A stretch of DNA of 64,000 nt from Octopus sinensis (lineage: Eukaryota). Positions 1 to 11,679 of the stretch are shown in pieces. Positions within the stretch are counted from its first letter, which is position 1, and each line of letters opens with the position of its first letter. The notes below the pieces were generated by a model that saw only the letters and a list, made by a program, of their open reading frames with translations, did not search any database and was not told where the DNA came from. The stretch lies in NCBI RefSeq assembly GCF_006345805.1, contig NC_042999.1, positions 95,852,001 to 95,916,000 of the forward strand, read 5' to 3'. The position numbers were made by a program, and so were the translations under genes.

Positions 1-349
1 CCAGATGGCTGCACCAGACTCCAATCTGATCTGGCAGAGATTCTACTACAGCTGGATGCCCTTCCTAACACCAACCACTCCAAGATTGTAGTGGGTGCTT
101 TTACATGCCATCAGCACGAGGGCCAGTCAGGCGGTACTGGCAATGGCCACGCTCAAAAGGTGTTTATGTGCCATCTGCACAAGAGGTAGTCTAGCGGCAC
201 TGGTAATGACCTCGCTCGAATGTTTTTTTACATGCCACTGGCACAAGTGCCAGTAAGACGACACTGGCAACAATCATGCTCAAATGGTTCCTTTATGTGC
301 CACCGGCATGGAAGCCAGTCACCTGCTCTGGCAATGATCATGCTCAGGG
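1..349 (-). mobile_element. RTE LINE 3'UTR-derived fragment with four ~65-bp hairpin modules (runs off window start)
   Basis: Reverse complement matches the RTE 3' UTR at about 32580-32680 (gcacccactacact...ggagtggttggcgttaggaagggcatccagc); repeated GTGCCACCGGCAC-like units. Confidence 0.85.
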
Positions 350-352
350 CAT

Positions 353-394
<42 letters not shown>
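350..394. repeat. (TA)n microsatellite
   Basis: Directly visible. Similar tracts at 1744, 3578, 40368, 40980, 54108 and 62035; (CA)n/(GA)n tracts at 1838, 6806, 42872, 46243, 46818, 48622 and 50880. Confidence 0.95.
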
Positions 395-397
<3 letters not shown>

Positions 398-1000
398 TCA
401 TCATCATTGCTTAACGTCTGCTTTCCATGCTATCATGGGTTGGACGATTTGACTGAGGTCTGGCGAACCAGATGGCTGCATCTGACTCCAATCTGACCTG
501 GCAGAGTTTCTACAGCTGAATGCCCTTCCTAACGCCAACCACTCCGAGAGTGTAGTGGGTGCTTTTACGTGCCACTGGCATGAAGGCCAGTTAGATGGTA
601 CTGGTAATGGCCATGCTCAAATGGTGCTTTTTATGTGCCACCCGCACAGGAGCCAGTCCAGCGGCACTGGCAACAACCTTGCTTGAATGTTTTTTTTCAC
701 GTGCCACCAGCACAAGTGCTAGTAAGGCGACGCAGGTAACGATCACGCTCGAATGGTGTTTTTAACGTGCCATCGGCATGGAGGCCAGCTTGTTGCTCTG
801 GCAATGATCTCGCTCATATAGTACTCTTAGCACTCCACTAGCACAGATGCCAGTCATCGAGTTTGATTTCCATTTCGATTTCACTTGCCTCAGCAGGTCT
901 TAGCAAGCAGAGTTTAGTGTCCAATGAAAGAAAGGCACACATAAGTGGACTGGTTACACCCCTGGCATAGGCCACAAGGTTATGGTCTCACTTGCGCTTG
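395..1000 (-). mobile_element. RTE LINE 3'UTR-derived element with (GAT)n tail
   Basis: Begins (CAT)n-...-ccatgctatcatgggttgga, the reverse complement of the tail at 32711-32766; four to five hairpin modules; also matches the upstream UTR segment 32225-32280. Confidence 0.88.
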
Positions 1001-1586
1001 CATATATATATATACACACAGACCCATTCACACACACTTGTATGTGTATCTATTTGTCAATATGTGTTTGTAAATATGTGTATACACACACACGTGGGTG
1101 TGTTTCCATATGCACATTTCTTTATAGCTTTCATTGCACATGCAATAAAAAATACGTCAGGAAAAATTTTAATGTTAAGGAGTTATCTCCCATTAATTTT
1201 TTTTTCCGCAGGCTATAATTTTTAATTTTCATGCTAGCAAATTATTTGGCATGCACCACTGATATTGACACATTACTTGCAGCCTCTCTCATGCAGGTAA
1301 ATATATTTATTGTGTGTGTGTGTGTCCATCTAGTGAGAAGCTGTGAAGACCATAATTTAAATGAGACAATATACAAGCTGATACAGTTATTAATGGCAAA
1401 GCACACACACATGATATATATATATATTTATAATGTTAATATTAGGGAGTATCATTGTTTGAGTTGCATAGTAGTGGTTTTATCTCTAATTTATATTATA
1501 TATATATAAATAGATGGATCGATTGATAGATAGATAGAAAAAGGAGACAAATGCTCAAGATGTTATTAAATCATTAATATCTTCAG

Positions 1587-1676
1587 ATCTCCTACACATG
1601 TTTCGATTGATGCATCCAAAATACGTCCAACAGGATGATTATTGATCAACTATGTATTAATCTCTTCAGGGAGGAT
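1587..1676 (-). ncRNA. Type I hammerhead ribozyme motif (Penelope pLTR-type), intact core
   Basis: Minus strand reads cucc-CUGAAGA-gauuaauacau...augcaucaauc-GAAA-C-AUGU-G-UA-ggag. Stem I is cucc/ggag, stem II pairs at 9 of 11 positions, and stem III is minimal with an ACAUGU palindrome. Confidence 0.8.
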
Positions 1677-1837
1677 ATAAATAACAGTACTCATCAAATA
1701 GACATTTTAACAGATATATGAAGTCCCAGAAAATGTGACGTGTATATATATATATATATATATAGGCATATGCAAACACATACACACATATGGATATAAA
1801 CATACACACATACATACATGCATACTCAAACCCTTAT

Positions 1838-1868
<31 letters not shown>

Positions 1869-1884
1869 CACACACATACATAAG

Positions 1885-3570
1885 AAAGGTTTTCCTGAAA
1901 CAACTCATCAATAAGACTAACTCCTTCACTAACTGCATTAGATGGCAAGCCTTCTTTTATAATAAGGATATCAAGAAATCTTCCAATGACCACAACTCCG
2001 AATTTAGTAAACTTCTCAAATCTAAAAATAATCCTCCTCTTAACCCAAGTTTAAAACAGTTTCGTCAAGAATGTTAAATTCCATCAGTATCCCTTAAGGA
2101 ATAAACATCTAAGATATCTACATAATATTACGAAAGAAATTAACAGCATGAAAGGCCTCCTTGTTCAGATGGATAAAACTGGTAACCTGTATCACTTAAA
2201 CAAGGATTTTTACCTTAAGCTGCTCAAGAAGGAAATACTAAACATATATAAGACTACTGTTAAAAACACTATCAGAAAGGCCAATCTTGAGGCTAAGAAA
2301 ATTATGGAAGATATATAATTTACAAACAAAAACTGAGCCTTTATCTCCTAAGTAACCAAGTTTTGTCTTAAAAAATCACAAGCCCAACTTCTTTAATAAC
2401 TCATCTCTCCATCTCATATGTCCCTATAGATCTGATATAGGCATACTTAGCAAAAATATTCTGGATATGTACATTCCCCCCATCAACGAAAATGCTTAAA
2501 CTTAATCAAGGATCTAACTCCTTCCATATTGTAGACTGGTTCAATTCTATCAATAATAAATTAAGCACAAAATTCATACAGTTCAATATCAATTCTAACA
2601 TCCTAAACAAAGCCCTATGGTTTGCACATAATAAGGGAGGACTAACCTTTGATAAAATTAATGTTGTCCTAGCAGCAAGAAAATCCATCATCCAATTCGA
2701 TAACAAACTTTGGATTCGTAGGGATTGACCAGATTGCTTCGATATCCCTATGGGAAGTAGCAATCCAGCTCAGGCTTCTGATTTGTTCAGAATTTACTTC
2801 CTATCAGAACTAGCAGACCAATTCCATTATATACTTGGTGGTTTATATCGTGATGACTGCCTACTTTACCTATAAAATACCTCAAATCAGAAACTACAAA
2901 AAGTTAAACGAAATTTAGTCAAATTCTTTAGTAATATGGGCCTAAGTATTTCTTTTGAAGTTGAAGTTGATAAAACTCAAATACGGCTTTGTATTTCCCA
3001 TACCATAAACCTTCAACTAACCTGAAAATACATCAGTACCTTTAGTAACCACCACAACAATATAACAAAAAATTTGGTTAAAAGCATATCACCTAGATAA
3101 TCTAAATTATCTGCCAACAAAACCATCTTCAGTAGAAACACTGATTTTTATAACTCAGCTTTATACAAAGCAGGATATAGGGAACAAATTAAATATTTTA
3201 ACCAACTTAGCTCTAACTGTACTAATAACAGTAACAGTAGTAATAGCAATACTAGCAGTAATAGATACATTAACAACAAGAGTATTTGTCCTGCTCCTTC
3301 CACAGTTAATTATATAAATAATACCCAATTCCATCAAAATATACATATTCCTTACCCTTCTAACCCTAAAAATAAATAGTGAGAAGGAAGTAACTGTTTC
3401 CCCTTCATTTTTATATTCTTTTAAAAATAACACAAGGTTTTTTAATAATAAATCTCCCATAGAGTCACACAACCCTAATGAAAATATTATTCCATACAAT
3501 AAACAAATAAAAAATAATCTTCTCCTCTTATTTTGTCAAGCTATAGAATGGAATTTCCCTATTAAATCAA
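1885..3570 (+). mobile_element. Decayed Penelope-like element, reverse transcriptase region
   Basis: Broken frames give DKTGNLYHL, FDIPMGS, GGLYRDDCL (2838-2864), KYISTFSNH and FYNSALYKAGY, typical of PLE RT and thumb; followed by an Asn/Ser-rich linker; many stops and frameshifts. Confidence 0.8.
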
Positions 3571-3618
3571 GGTGTGTGTATATATATATATATATATACC
3601 CATATATATATATATATA

Positions 3619-4040
3619 TCTTATGATAAAAGGCAGATTTTCTCTGCCTGTGACTATGTTTCTTTTTAATACAATTCTACAATATAGAATTTCTTCAATT
3701 GGAATTTACCTATGATTTTTCGAAGTAGATTCGATTGGGTCATGGCATATACATTTTTTCAATTTCACCCCCAATTAAGCATAAATTCGAGAAGACTCAA
3801 TATTTTACGATTTGCCTCTCTCATTTCAAATGCTTTACTCCTGCTATTACCACACTTTCTCCTACTTTCTCTTTGCAAGTGTATACCACTATCATATCCT
3901 CTTTCTGCAACTCTTATTCAACATCACACATTCTGCTACTTTCTCTTATTAATGCTTAAACCAATCCTCAAAAAAAAAAAATGGAAACAGAGATCTGTCC
4001 CTAACTTTTGGTAGTATTCATTGGCGAGCGTACTTCAGTT
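3619..4040 (+). mobile_element. Possible non-autonomous Helitron fragment
   Basis: Starts A|TCTTATGATAAAAG next to (TA)n, resembling the Helitron 5' end at 4210; no clear 3' hairpin-CTAG found. Confidence 0.3.
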
Positions 4041-4209
4041 GTCAATTGTTGAAAGAAAGAAATTGTAAGCTAAGAAGGTGTGAGTGTGTGTGTCGGAAGT
4101 GAAGGATAAAAATATGGCAAGAAGTGGACAGATGTACATATATACATACATACATCCATCCATACATACATACATGTGTGTGTGTATGTGTATTAATGTG
4201 TGTGTGTTA

Positions 4210-4600
4210 TCTCTCTCTATATAAAGCTGAAGTTGTCTGTGTGCGGCAGGTTTCATAGCCTTCAACTAACACTATCTCCTCCGAGACCCTGCGGCGCAAG
4301 TTGACCAAAATTGAGAGTATGATAGAAGAAGGGTTACTCTTCCTTCCGTAGAAGATAAAATTCAAATCGGACCATGTTAACACCAAAAATTATTTACATC
4401 AAAAAGGTGCTTTTTTCTATGAAAATCCCTATTTTTTATGATTTTTTCACTGCTGTGTCGCCACTTTTCGGTGTATTTCAACCAGAAAAATGTTCTCTTG
4501 AAGATAATAACAAGCTACATAATGCAAAAGTTTTACTTTTCAAAAATTCCAATTCCAGCGGGTCGAAACAAACCCGAGCAACGCCGGGCGATACTGCTAG
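4210..4600 (+). mobile_element. Non-autonomous Helitron
   Basis: 5' A|TC(TC)n TATATAAAG; 3' GC-rich hairpin CCCGAGC-AAC-GCCGGG (4573-4588) then CTAG|T at 4597-4601; CpG-rich compared with flanks. Confidence 0.8.
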
Positions 4601-4615
4601 TATATATATATATAT

Positions 4616-4747
4616 GCCTTTCATCCTCTCGGAGTCGATAAATAAAGTACCAGTTTCGCACCGGGGTCGATGTAATCGATTTAATCCCTTTGTCTGTCCT
4701 TGTTTGTCCCCTCTATGTTTAGCCTCTTGTGGGTAGTAAAGAAATAT
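4616..4747 (+). mobile_element. 5'-truncated SINE with Nin-like central domain
   Basis: gcctttcatcctctcggagtcgataaataaagtaccag...ggggtcgatgtaatcga, shared with at least eight other copies in the window. Confidence 0.75.
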
Positions 4748-6802
4748 ATTTATATAATTACCTCCCCTTACATTTTTTTACTTGTTGAATCATTTATTCA
4801 TAAATTCTACACACAACATGAAGAAAAAAATATTTCTTAAGAGAATATGTAATTAAAATAATTTTAATGTCATGATTAGCGAATGCAAAACCAGTTGACA
4901 AACACAATATATATATATCATTCTGGCCATAAGTGAATTTGCAGCTGCATGTTATTCCTAATAATCCAGTTACAAACATTGTTAAAATTACATTTTATTT
5001 TATGAATATAAGTTAGAATATTTACTTAATTACATCACAATTCGCTAGTAGCATAATATAGAGTGGTAGGACCAAATACAGTTGTTATAAAATTATTAAC
5101 AATAGTGATAAGCGTCATGTTAGAGGTGAGAATAATGCTTGCCCATCCTAGTTGAAGATTTCCTTTTAGATCAGGACTGAACTTCTACCAAGGAAAACTT
5201 ATCTATGTAAGGGCTTGTTGCTTGTGCTGCCAAAGTGCACAGCTCTCTGATTTCATTTTTTTTATGTGTTTATATAATTACAAAAGTGCAGGAACTTCAT
5301 AGAACATTCTATGACATGGGATACTATTTCTACCAGTTGATTGGTCAGTAATCAGAGTGCATCACTTGACTCAAGTATTGTCTGGACTTATTTATCACAA
5401 ATGTAATGTTTCAATTCTACCCAATTCATTTTTCTAATAAGTAGCACCTAATAACACTGAATAAATCTGTTCATCAAGGTAAAAATTCGTTTTTATTACT
5501 GATTTATTTTTAAAGAAAAATGTTTATAATGTAAAAAAGATAATTTAATAAAAGTAAATAAGAAAATGGAGAAAAAAAAGGAAATCAATTGATAAATTTT
5601 CAAGTTGGACATGCATGGGGAAACTGGATTTAACCCTCTTAAATGTTCCAAGATACTCCAAGCACTCACATCACTACCAAAAGTGGTTTCAATGCTAAGG
5701 AGCTTGAACAATCTGGTTCCCTCCTGAGCATCAACCAAAACTTCAATTAGGCATTTAGTAATGATGTCAGAATCTTCATTGTCTACAGTTCAACACTTCA
5801 TCCTGTTGTCACAAGCCAAAGGTTAAAGACGTAATTTACCTACAGGTTATAATATTTCTGTGCCTTGTTTTGTTCAACTGTGGATGCAGTTGAACTCATA
5901 GTAAATTCAATTATTATTTTATCAACTTACTAACTGTTCTGAGTTATTCCATACCATATAGTGAAATTCTACAAATCCTAACTGGCTATGAATAATCTTG
6001 TTAAGTATTTATCTTATATTTCAAAATATCTTTTTCCTTTTATTTTAGATCATTCATAACACCAAAGGACTTTCGTTAATTTCTGCTATCATTCAGAGTT
6101 ATATCTACTGAATTTATTGGCCTAAATTCAGTTTTTGAAATGGAAAACTATTTCCATATAAATAAAGTAATAATGTACAGCTCTCGTATCACAGTCATAA
6201 ACCTTATTGTATTACTTTTTATATTTCTCTCTTCTTTGCATTACTTTTTCTTTCTCCCTGTTCTTTAAATTAATCATGAATATTTATTAGTTTTTAATGA
6301 AACAAACCTTGAAAGTCTTAAAAATGATAATATATATGACTTATTCCCACATTTTACTTAATGCTTCCTGTTTTGCATTGATCTAGTGGTTGGTATTCTG
6401 TGCAAATTCTGGATGTCATGATTTGAAAAGACTACATGAGTTACAGTTAGTTTAAAGACTATAGTGACAGAAAAGTCGTTCAGCATTATCTTCTGCATAA
6501 TTATATCACATATCATTTTATTTAATGTTGTTTTCATTCAGTTAGGCTATATGTAAAGGAAAAGGACTATTTGGTATATGAGTAATAACATCAATAAAAA
6601 AATATTGTAGCTGATATTAATTTGAAGTTCAAACCCAACCAAGTCCAACTAACCCAATTACTCTTCTGTTGTTTAAACAACATATAATCTAAATCCCAGT
6701 GGGATAAAATATGACTGAGTAACAGTGTCTGCTCCTACTCAAGATACAAGCTAATGAAAATAGAAGTAACAAGCATCCCTAGTACCAATTCAAATGCTTC
6801 AT

Positions 6803-6838
<36 letters not shown>

Positions 6839-7815
6839 TGCACACACAGGTGTAAAGACACCAACAATACTGATTTCTTTGTAAGATATTAGGCAAATAG
6901 CTCACAGAGAAGCTATATAGTGCCTGCAGGCTGATGAATTGTCGTTCTGCCATTGATTCTTTCAGTGTTAGTAATGGTTGGAGAAAATTGTAACAAAAAA
7001 ACACAAAAATTAAACTAAATAAATGATAGAATTTAGAGAATGTTATAGGTCTCAAAAACTTGTGCTACCTTTAAGCATGACTAATGACCATGGTAAGATA
7101 GTATGTTTGTACTCAGATGAAAATAATGATACTAATTTGCTATATTCATGAGAATAGATAGAAATAAAGCAAAACAATAATAAATTACCCCCAAGTGGCT
7201 CATTAAACATCAAAGGGAAAAGATGCTATCAAAAGACCATTGCCTCTAAACACTAATAATTAGCCCTAGTCAACTTTATGTAATAGAACTTTGAATTTTG
7301 AATTGGCGTCCATTGTTATTTTACTTTTATACTATTGCATGATGGTACTGATTAGTTCAGTGTTATTAGATTCCTGTGCTAAATAGATAGCCAAAACATT
7401 ATTCCAGCAAACTGATTAAAAAGAGCTGTGCTTTCTTTTAAATATATATTTGCATGGGCTAGCTGGTTCTATAAATTCTTGAACTCCATTTTACCATCTT
7501 TTTAATGCTAACTTCTCACCCATGAAGCCAATATAATATCTAGTTCCTCTATCTATGGTGGAACTAGATATTATATTTGGCTTCATGGTTGAGATGACTG
7601 AGGAGTGTAGAAATGTGCAGTTTGCTTTGCACATGTCACAGTGGATCTACAAGAATATGAAGCCATGTCATTGATTGTTCAGCAACAAATCTACTATTAA
7701 CTTACATTCATATGTGTGTGTATATGTGGTTAATGTAAACAGAATTTGGATTCAGACATGAATTATTCCTTTTAACATCCTACTCTGAGTATTAATATTT
7801 TAACTTCTATTTAAG

Positions 7816-8035
7816 AGTAGTGGATTGGCAGAATTGATGAAGCATTGGACAAAATACCTTACAAAATTTCTTTCAGCATTTTATGATGTCAGTTCCAGTC
7901 CCACCAAAGACAACTCTACCTGGTATTCTTTCAGTGTCAATAAACTAAAGCACCTGTCAAATACTGGGATCCATTTAGTCAGTTTACCTCACCTCCAAAT
8001 TTGTGGTTTTGTTCCTTTATTTAAAACTATTATTT
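7816..8035 (+). mobile_element. Degenerate Nin-type SINE
   Basis: Head ggattggcagaat...caaaat, core tctttcagtgtcaataaactaaagcacc, tail caaatttgtggttttgttcc. Confidence 0.65.
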
Positions 8036-8152
8036 TCACTTCTAATATATCTTCGTTAGCAAACATCAATATAATATTGAAATAATTTTCAATAAATCCT
8101 TTGAAAAATACCACTCAAAAGAAATTTTTAGAATTATTATTCTTACTACAAA

Positions 8153-8385
8153 AGCAGTGGGCTGATAGAATAGTTTGTACAAAAAACAAAATGCTTAGTG
8201 GCATTTTGACTTTATATTCTGAGTTCAAATGCCACTATAATTGACTTCACCTTTCATCCTTTAGAGGTCAATCAAATATAGTACCAGTTTAGCACTTGGA
8301 TTGATGTGCTTGATCCATCTGCTCTGTCTTAAATTGCTGGCTTTGAGCCAAAATTTGAAACCATTCTTTTTTAGAAAGTACAAAT
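8153..8385 (+). mobile_element. Nin-type SINE
   Basis: ttctgagttcaaat...cctttcatcctttagaggtcaatcaaatatagtaccagt; same family as 47280-47493. Confidence 0.75.
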
Positions 8386-8559
8386 TAATTTTTTAATACT
8401 TAGTATAGTTTGTGAGGTCTCTCTACTTATATCTATTATTTTATCTAGTACTCAGCTATTATTTAAGTTGATTATTTTCTTGTTTTTCCATTTTAATTTA
8501 GCATTTATCACCCATATGGATACATAGCTGCTGCTTTAGAGCTGTTACAGCTTGGCACT

Positions 8560-8790
8560 AGTCATTACCTTTGTTTCTGCAAGAATGCAAAGGCCTAAGC
8601 AGATAATGCAAGGCATCTCATCCAATGCTTCCAGTTCCATCAGTTTACTGCCCTGAATTGGTACTTTTTTATTGACTTATGAAAAGATGAAAGTTGACCT
8701 GGACAAATTTGAACACAGAGCACAGAAAGTCAGAATAAATACTACAAAACATTCTTTCAATACTCTAATAATTCTGTCAATCCACTGCCT
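8560..8790 (-). mobile_element. Two adjacent degenerate SINE fragments
   Basis: Reverse-complement heads (gcatctcatccaatgc; tttgaacacagagc...attctgtcaatccactgcc) and core ggtactttttattgac. Confidence 0.6.
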
Positions 8791-10346
8791 TGGATAACAC
8801 TTGCTAACTAGAAGCATACGATTACTGCACATTTAAATGTACCTGTGCCAGAGAAAGGCCAAGGAAAGTATAAATGTGTAATCAGATATTTGGCTGACAG
8901 ACCTTACAAGCTGGAAAAGTGAATGCCAATAATATAATGTACCAATTTAATTGACTAACCTTTCCTCACTAATCTATGGTTTTGTGCTTGTATTAGAAAT
9001 TATTTTTATTATCATATAGCACCACCATAACTACCATTGCCTTTTTACCTACAGGTTTTAAATTCATAAGTTTCATAACACATGTTGTCTCCAAGACAGT
9101 ATTAGCATTGTTAGTTCACTGGAATTTTCTATTTATAGAATTTTAATGTTTTGTTGTTTTTTATAAAAAGATAATCTCAATAAAATATTAATAGCTATCT
9201 TGAACTGAATGTACTTTTTCTGCTTTAGAATATAAGACATTTTCTAACCAGCTGACTTACTTCAGCTGTAGTTACTTTAGGTGTAATGATGCAAAAACTC
9301 TTGCCACATTTACTTCACTTAAAGTAGAATCCTTTCAATAAGAAAAAATTCAAATCTATCTTCAGTTTCATTTTATTGTTTTTCTTGCTGCCATGGTTGT
9401 TAGTTTGTGATATATTGCAATTGAGACTATAGCATGTAATTACACCAAAAAGTAAGAAACCTGGAAAATTTGGTGTTTGGGGTTGGGACTATCAATGATG
9501 GTAAAGCAATGCAGCTATATTAACAACAATTAGAAAATGTGATAAGGGTGTGAATGAGGTTAGAATATGAAAGTGTGTATGTTATGACACATTAGCAGAG
9601 AATGGATTTAGAAGAAATAGTGGAAAAGAAAATAGTGGAAATGCTTAGAAAGAATGAGTGAAAAAATGCTCACAAGCTAAGCAAACTGATATTGCAGAAT
9701 TTAGTTCACCAATTTTATAGGAATATTTATTTTATTTTCAGTCAACTTAGCTTGTTACTTCTATTATAATCTTTGCTATCACAGTTGTCACCAAGTTGAT
9801 TTTTCAGAGTTTTCAGTCTTGATTTACTGCTTGATTAGATTAATGTTTGTCAGAAAGGTGTCTTTTTTTTCACATAGAGCTGTTGCATAATTGTTAATTT
9901 CCTGCTGCAGGTGGTATATTCCTGCTTTGGCACTCCATTACTGCTGCTTGTGCACTGTAGTAGAATAAAATACTCTTGTTACTTCTGGTCCTTCCTTTCT
10001 CAGATATCTTTCCATACATTTATGAATAACTTTTAACATAGATATACTGTCAATCATTCCATACTTGAGCAGATTCCAAACTACAAGTTTATCTCTTTAC
10101 GCCTATCAGCAATATATGCATGTGGCTACATAAACACTATACAAATAATGATTTATTCTTTCAAGCATATAGATTTCTTAAAATACATTGCTTATTATGG
10201 GACAGTTTCATCTCGTTCTGAAGATAACATTGTTTCTTGCTTTACAAAATAAATATATAGCTATTGTTTATCTATCTAATGGAAAATGTTGCTAATAACC
10301 CATTAATCTACACTGTATTTTAGAAGATTGAAAGAGTTAAGTATAG

Positions 10347-11034
10347 TTGATATTTGAATGGCTGACTTTCAATAGGTGAGGAAAATATATTCTTTGAAAA
10401 TACAATTTTAAAATAGAATATTCCTTTCTTGTACATCATCATCATCAATATGTGGATTTTTAAAATTGTTGCATTAAAAAATATCAAATATTTTTTATGT
10501 TTTCTTTTCTATTCTGTTGTATATTTTATGACCATGAATCAGAATAACACCCATGGTAATTTACTGATTTTGACACACATTACAAACTAAATGACTAATA
10601 AAATATGATCTCTATTTTTACTAATATAGGAATTTCTTGAAAAATTATTTGGTCACTCGTTCAACCTTAAGCCTCAAGACAAACAATATTCTTGTTTATG
10701 CCCTGTCATGCTATGATGATGAAACCTTTGGGTTTTTGTTTTGTAATTTGTGAATACAAAGCAGACATATTTACAGACAATTTGCACATGTATGTGCACA
10801 CACACACATATGTACGTGCACACACACATGCACACACACACTCACATACAGATTGATGTTTGAATGGCTGACTTTTAATAGGTGAAGGAAATATATTCTT
10901 TGGAAATACAGTTTCGAAACAGAATATTCTTTTCTGGTTCAATATTAATTTACATGTGGTTATTTCATATTGTTGCATTAAAAAATATGAAATATTTTTT
11001 GTTTTCTTTTCTATTCCATTGTATATTTTACGAC
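10347..11034. repeat. Local direct duplication, about 180 bp (10347-10532 and 10853-11034)
   Basis: Both copies read tttgaatggctgacttt.aataggtga.g.aaatatattcttt...attgttgcattaaaaaatat...gtatatttta.gac. Confidence 0.85.
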
Positions 11035-11217
11035 TAGCAGAGGTTATATTATATTTTTCCAGTTCATAAGATGTTTAGGTGTTTTCAATCATGGCTGAAG
11101 GAGAGAATTATAGAGAAAGAAAAAAGGGGAGAGACTACATGAGACATATATTTAGAATAGTTCACAAAATGAATTTTAGTGAAAATACATATTGAACAAT
11201 TCTCATATAATAATAAT

Positions 11218-11653
11218 AATAATGGCTTCAAATTTTGGCACAAGTTCAGCAATTTTGAGGGGATAGAGGCAAGTCAATTACATTAACTCCAGTACTTGAC
11301 TGATACTTTTTTATCAAGATGTAAGGCAAAGTTGAATCTGGTGCAATTTGCATTCAGAATGTAAGGAACAGGAAGAAATGCTGCTAAGCATATTTTTGAA
11401 TGTGCTGATGGTTCTGTCTGCTTACCACCTAAAGCTAAAGATAATAACAGCTACAAGCACAAAACTTGAAATTCGGGAGTAAGGGGATAATTAATTACAT
11501 TAACTCCAGTGCTCAACTGGTACTTATTTTATTGATCCTGAAAGGTAGAAAGGCAAAGTTATCCTCAGTAGCATTTGAACTCAGAATGTAGAACTGGAAG
11601 AAATTCCACTGAGCATTTTGTTTAGTGCTGTAATGATTCTGCCAGCTTACCAC
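11218..11653 (-). mobile_element. Two tandem Nin-type SINEs (11218-11430, 11450-11653)
   Basis: Each contains aattacattaactccagt...actg.tactt...aaggcaaagtt...tttg.a.tcagaatgta. Confidence 0.75.
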
Positions 11654-11679
11654 TTTAATATTAATAATATCTCATTTAC

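Noticed and set aside
95-860. CRISPR array (palindromic repeats at a ~65-bp period)
   Set aside because: The intervening segments are homologous to each other, the array is part of an RTE 3' UTR, no cas genes are present, and the context is eukaryotic.
860-905. Minus-strand CTGCTGAggcaagtGAAA hammerhead-like motif
   Set aside because: No stem II pairing, core mismatch, and better explained as a duplicate of the ORF end.
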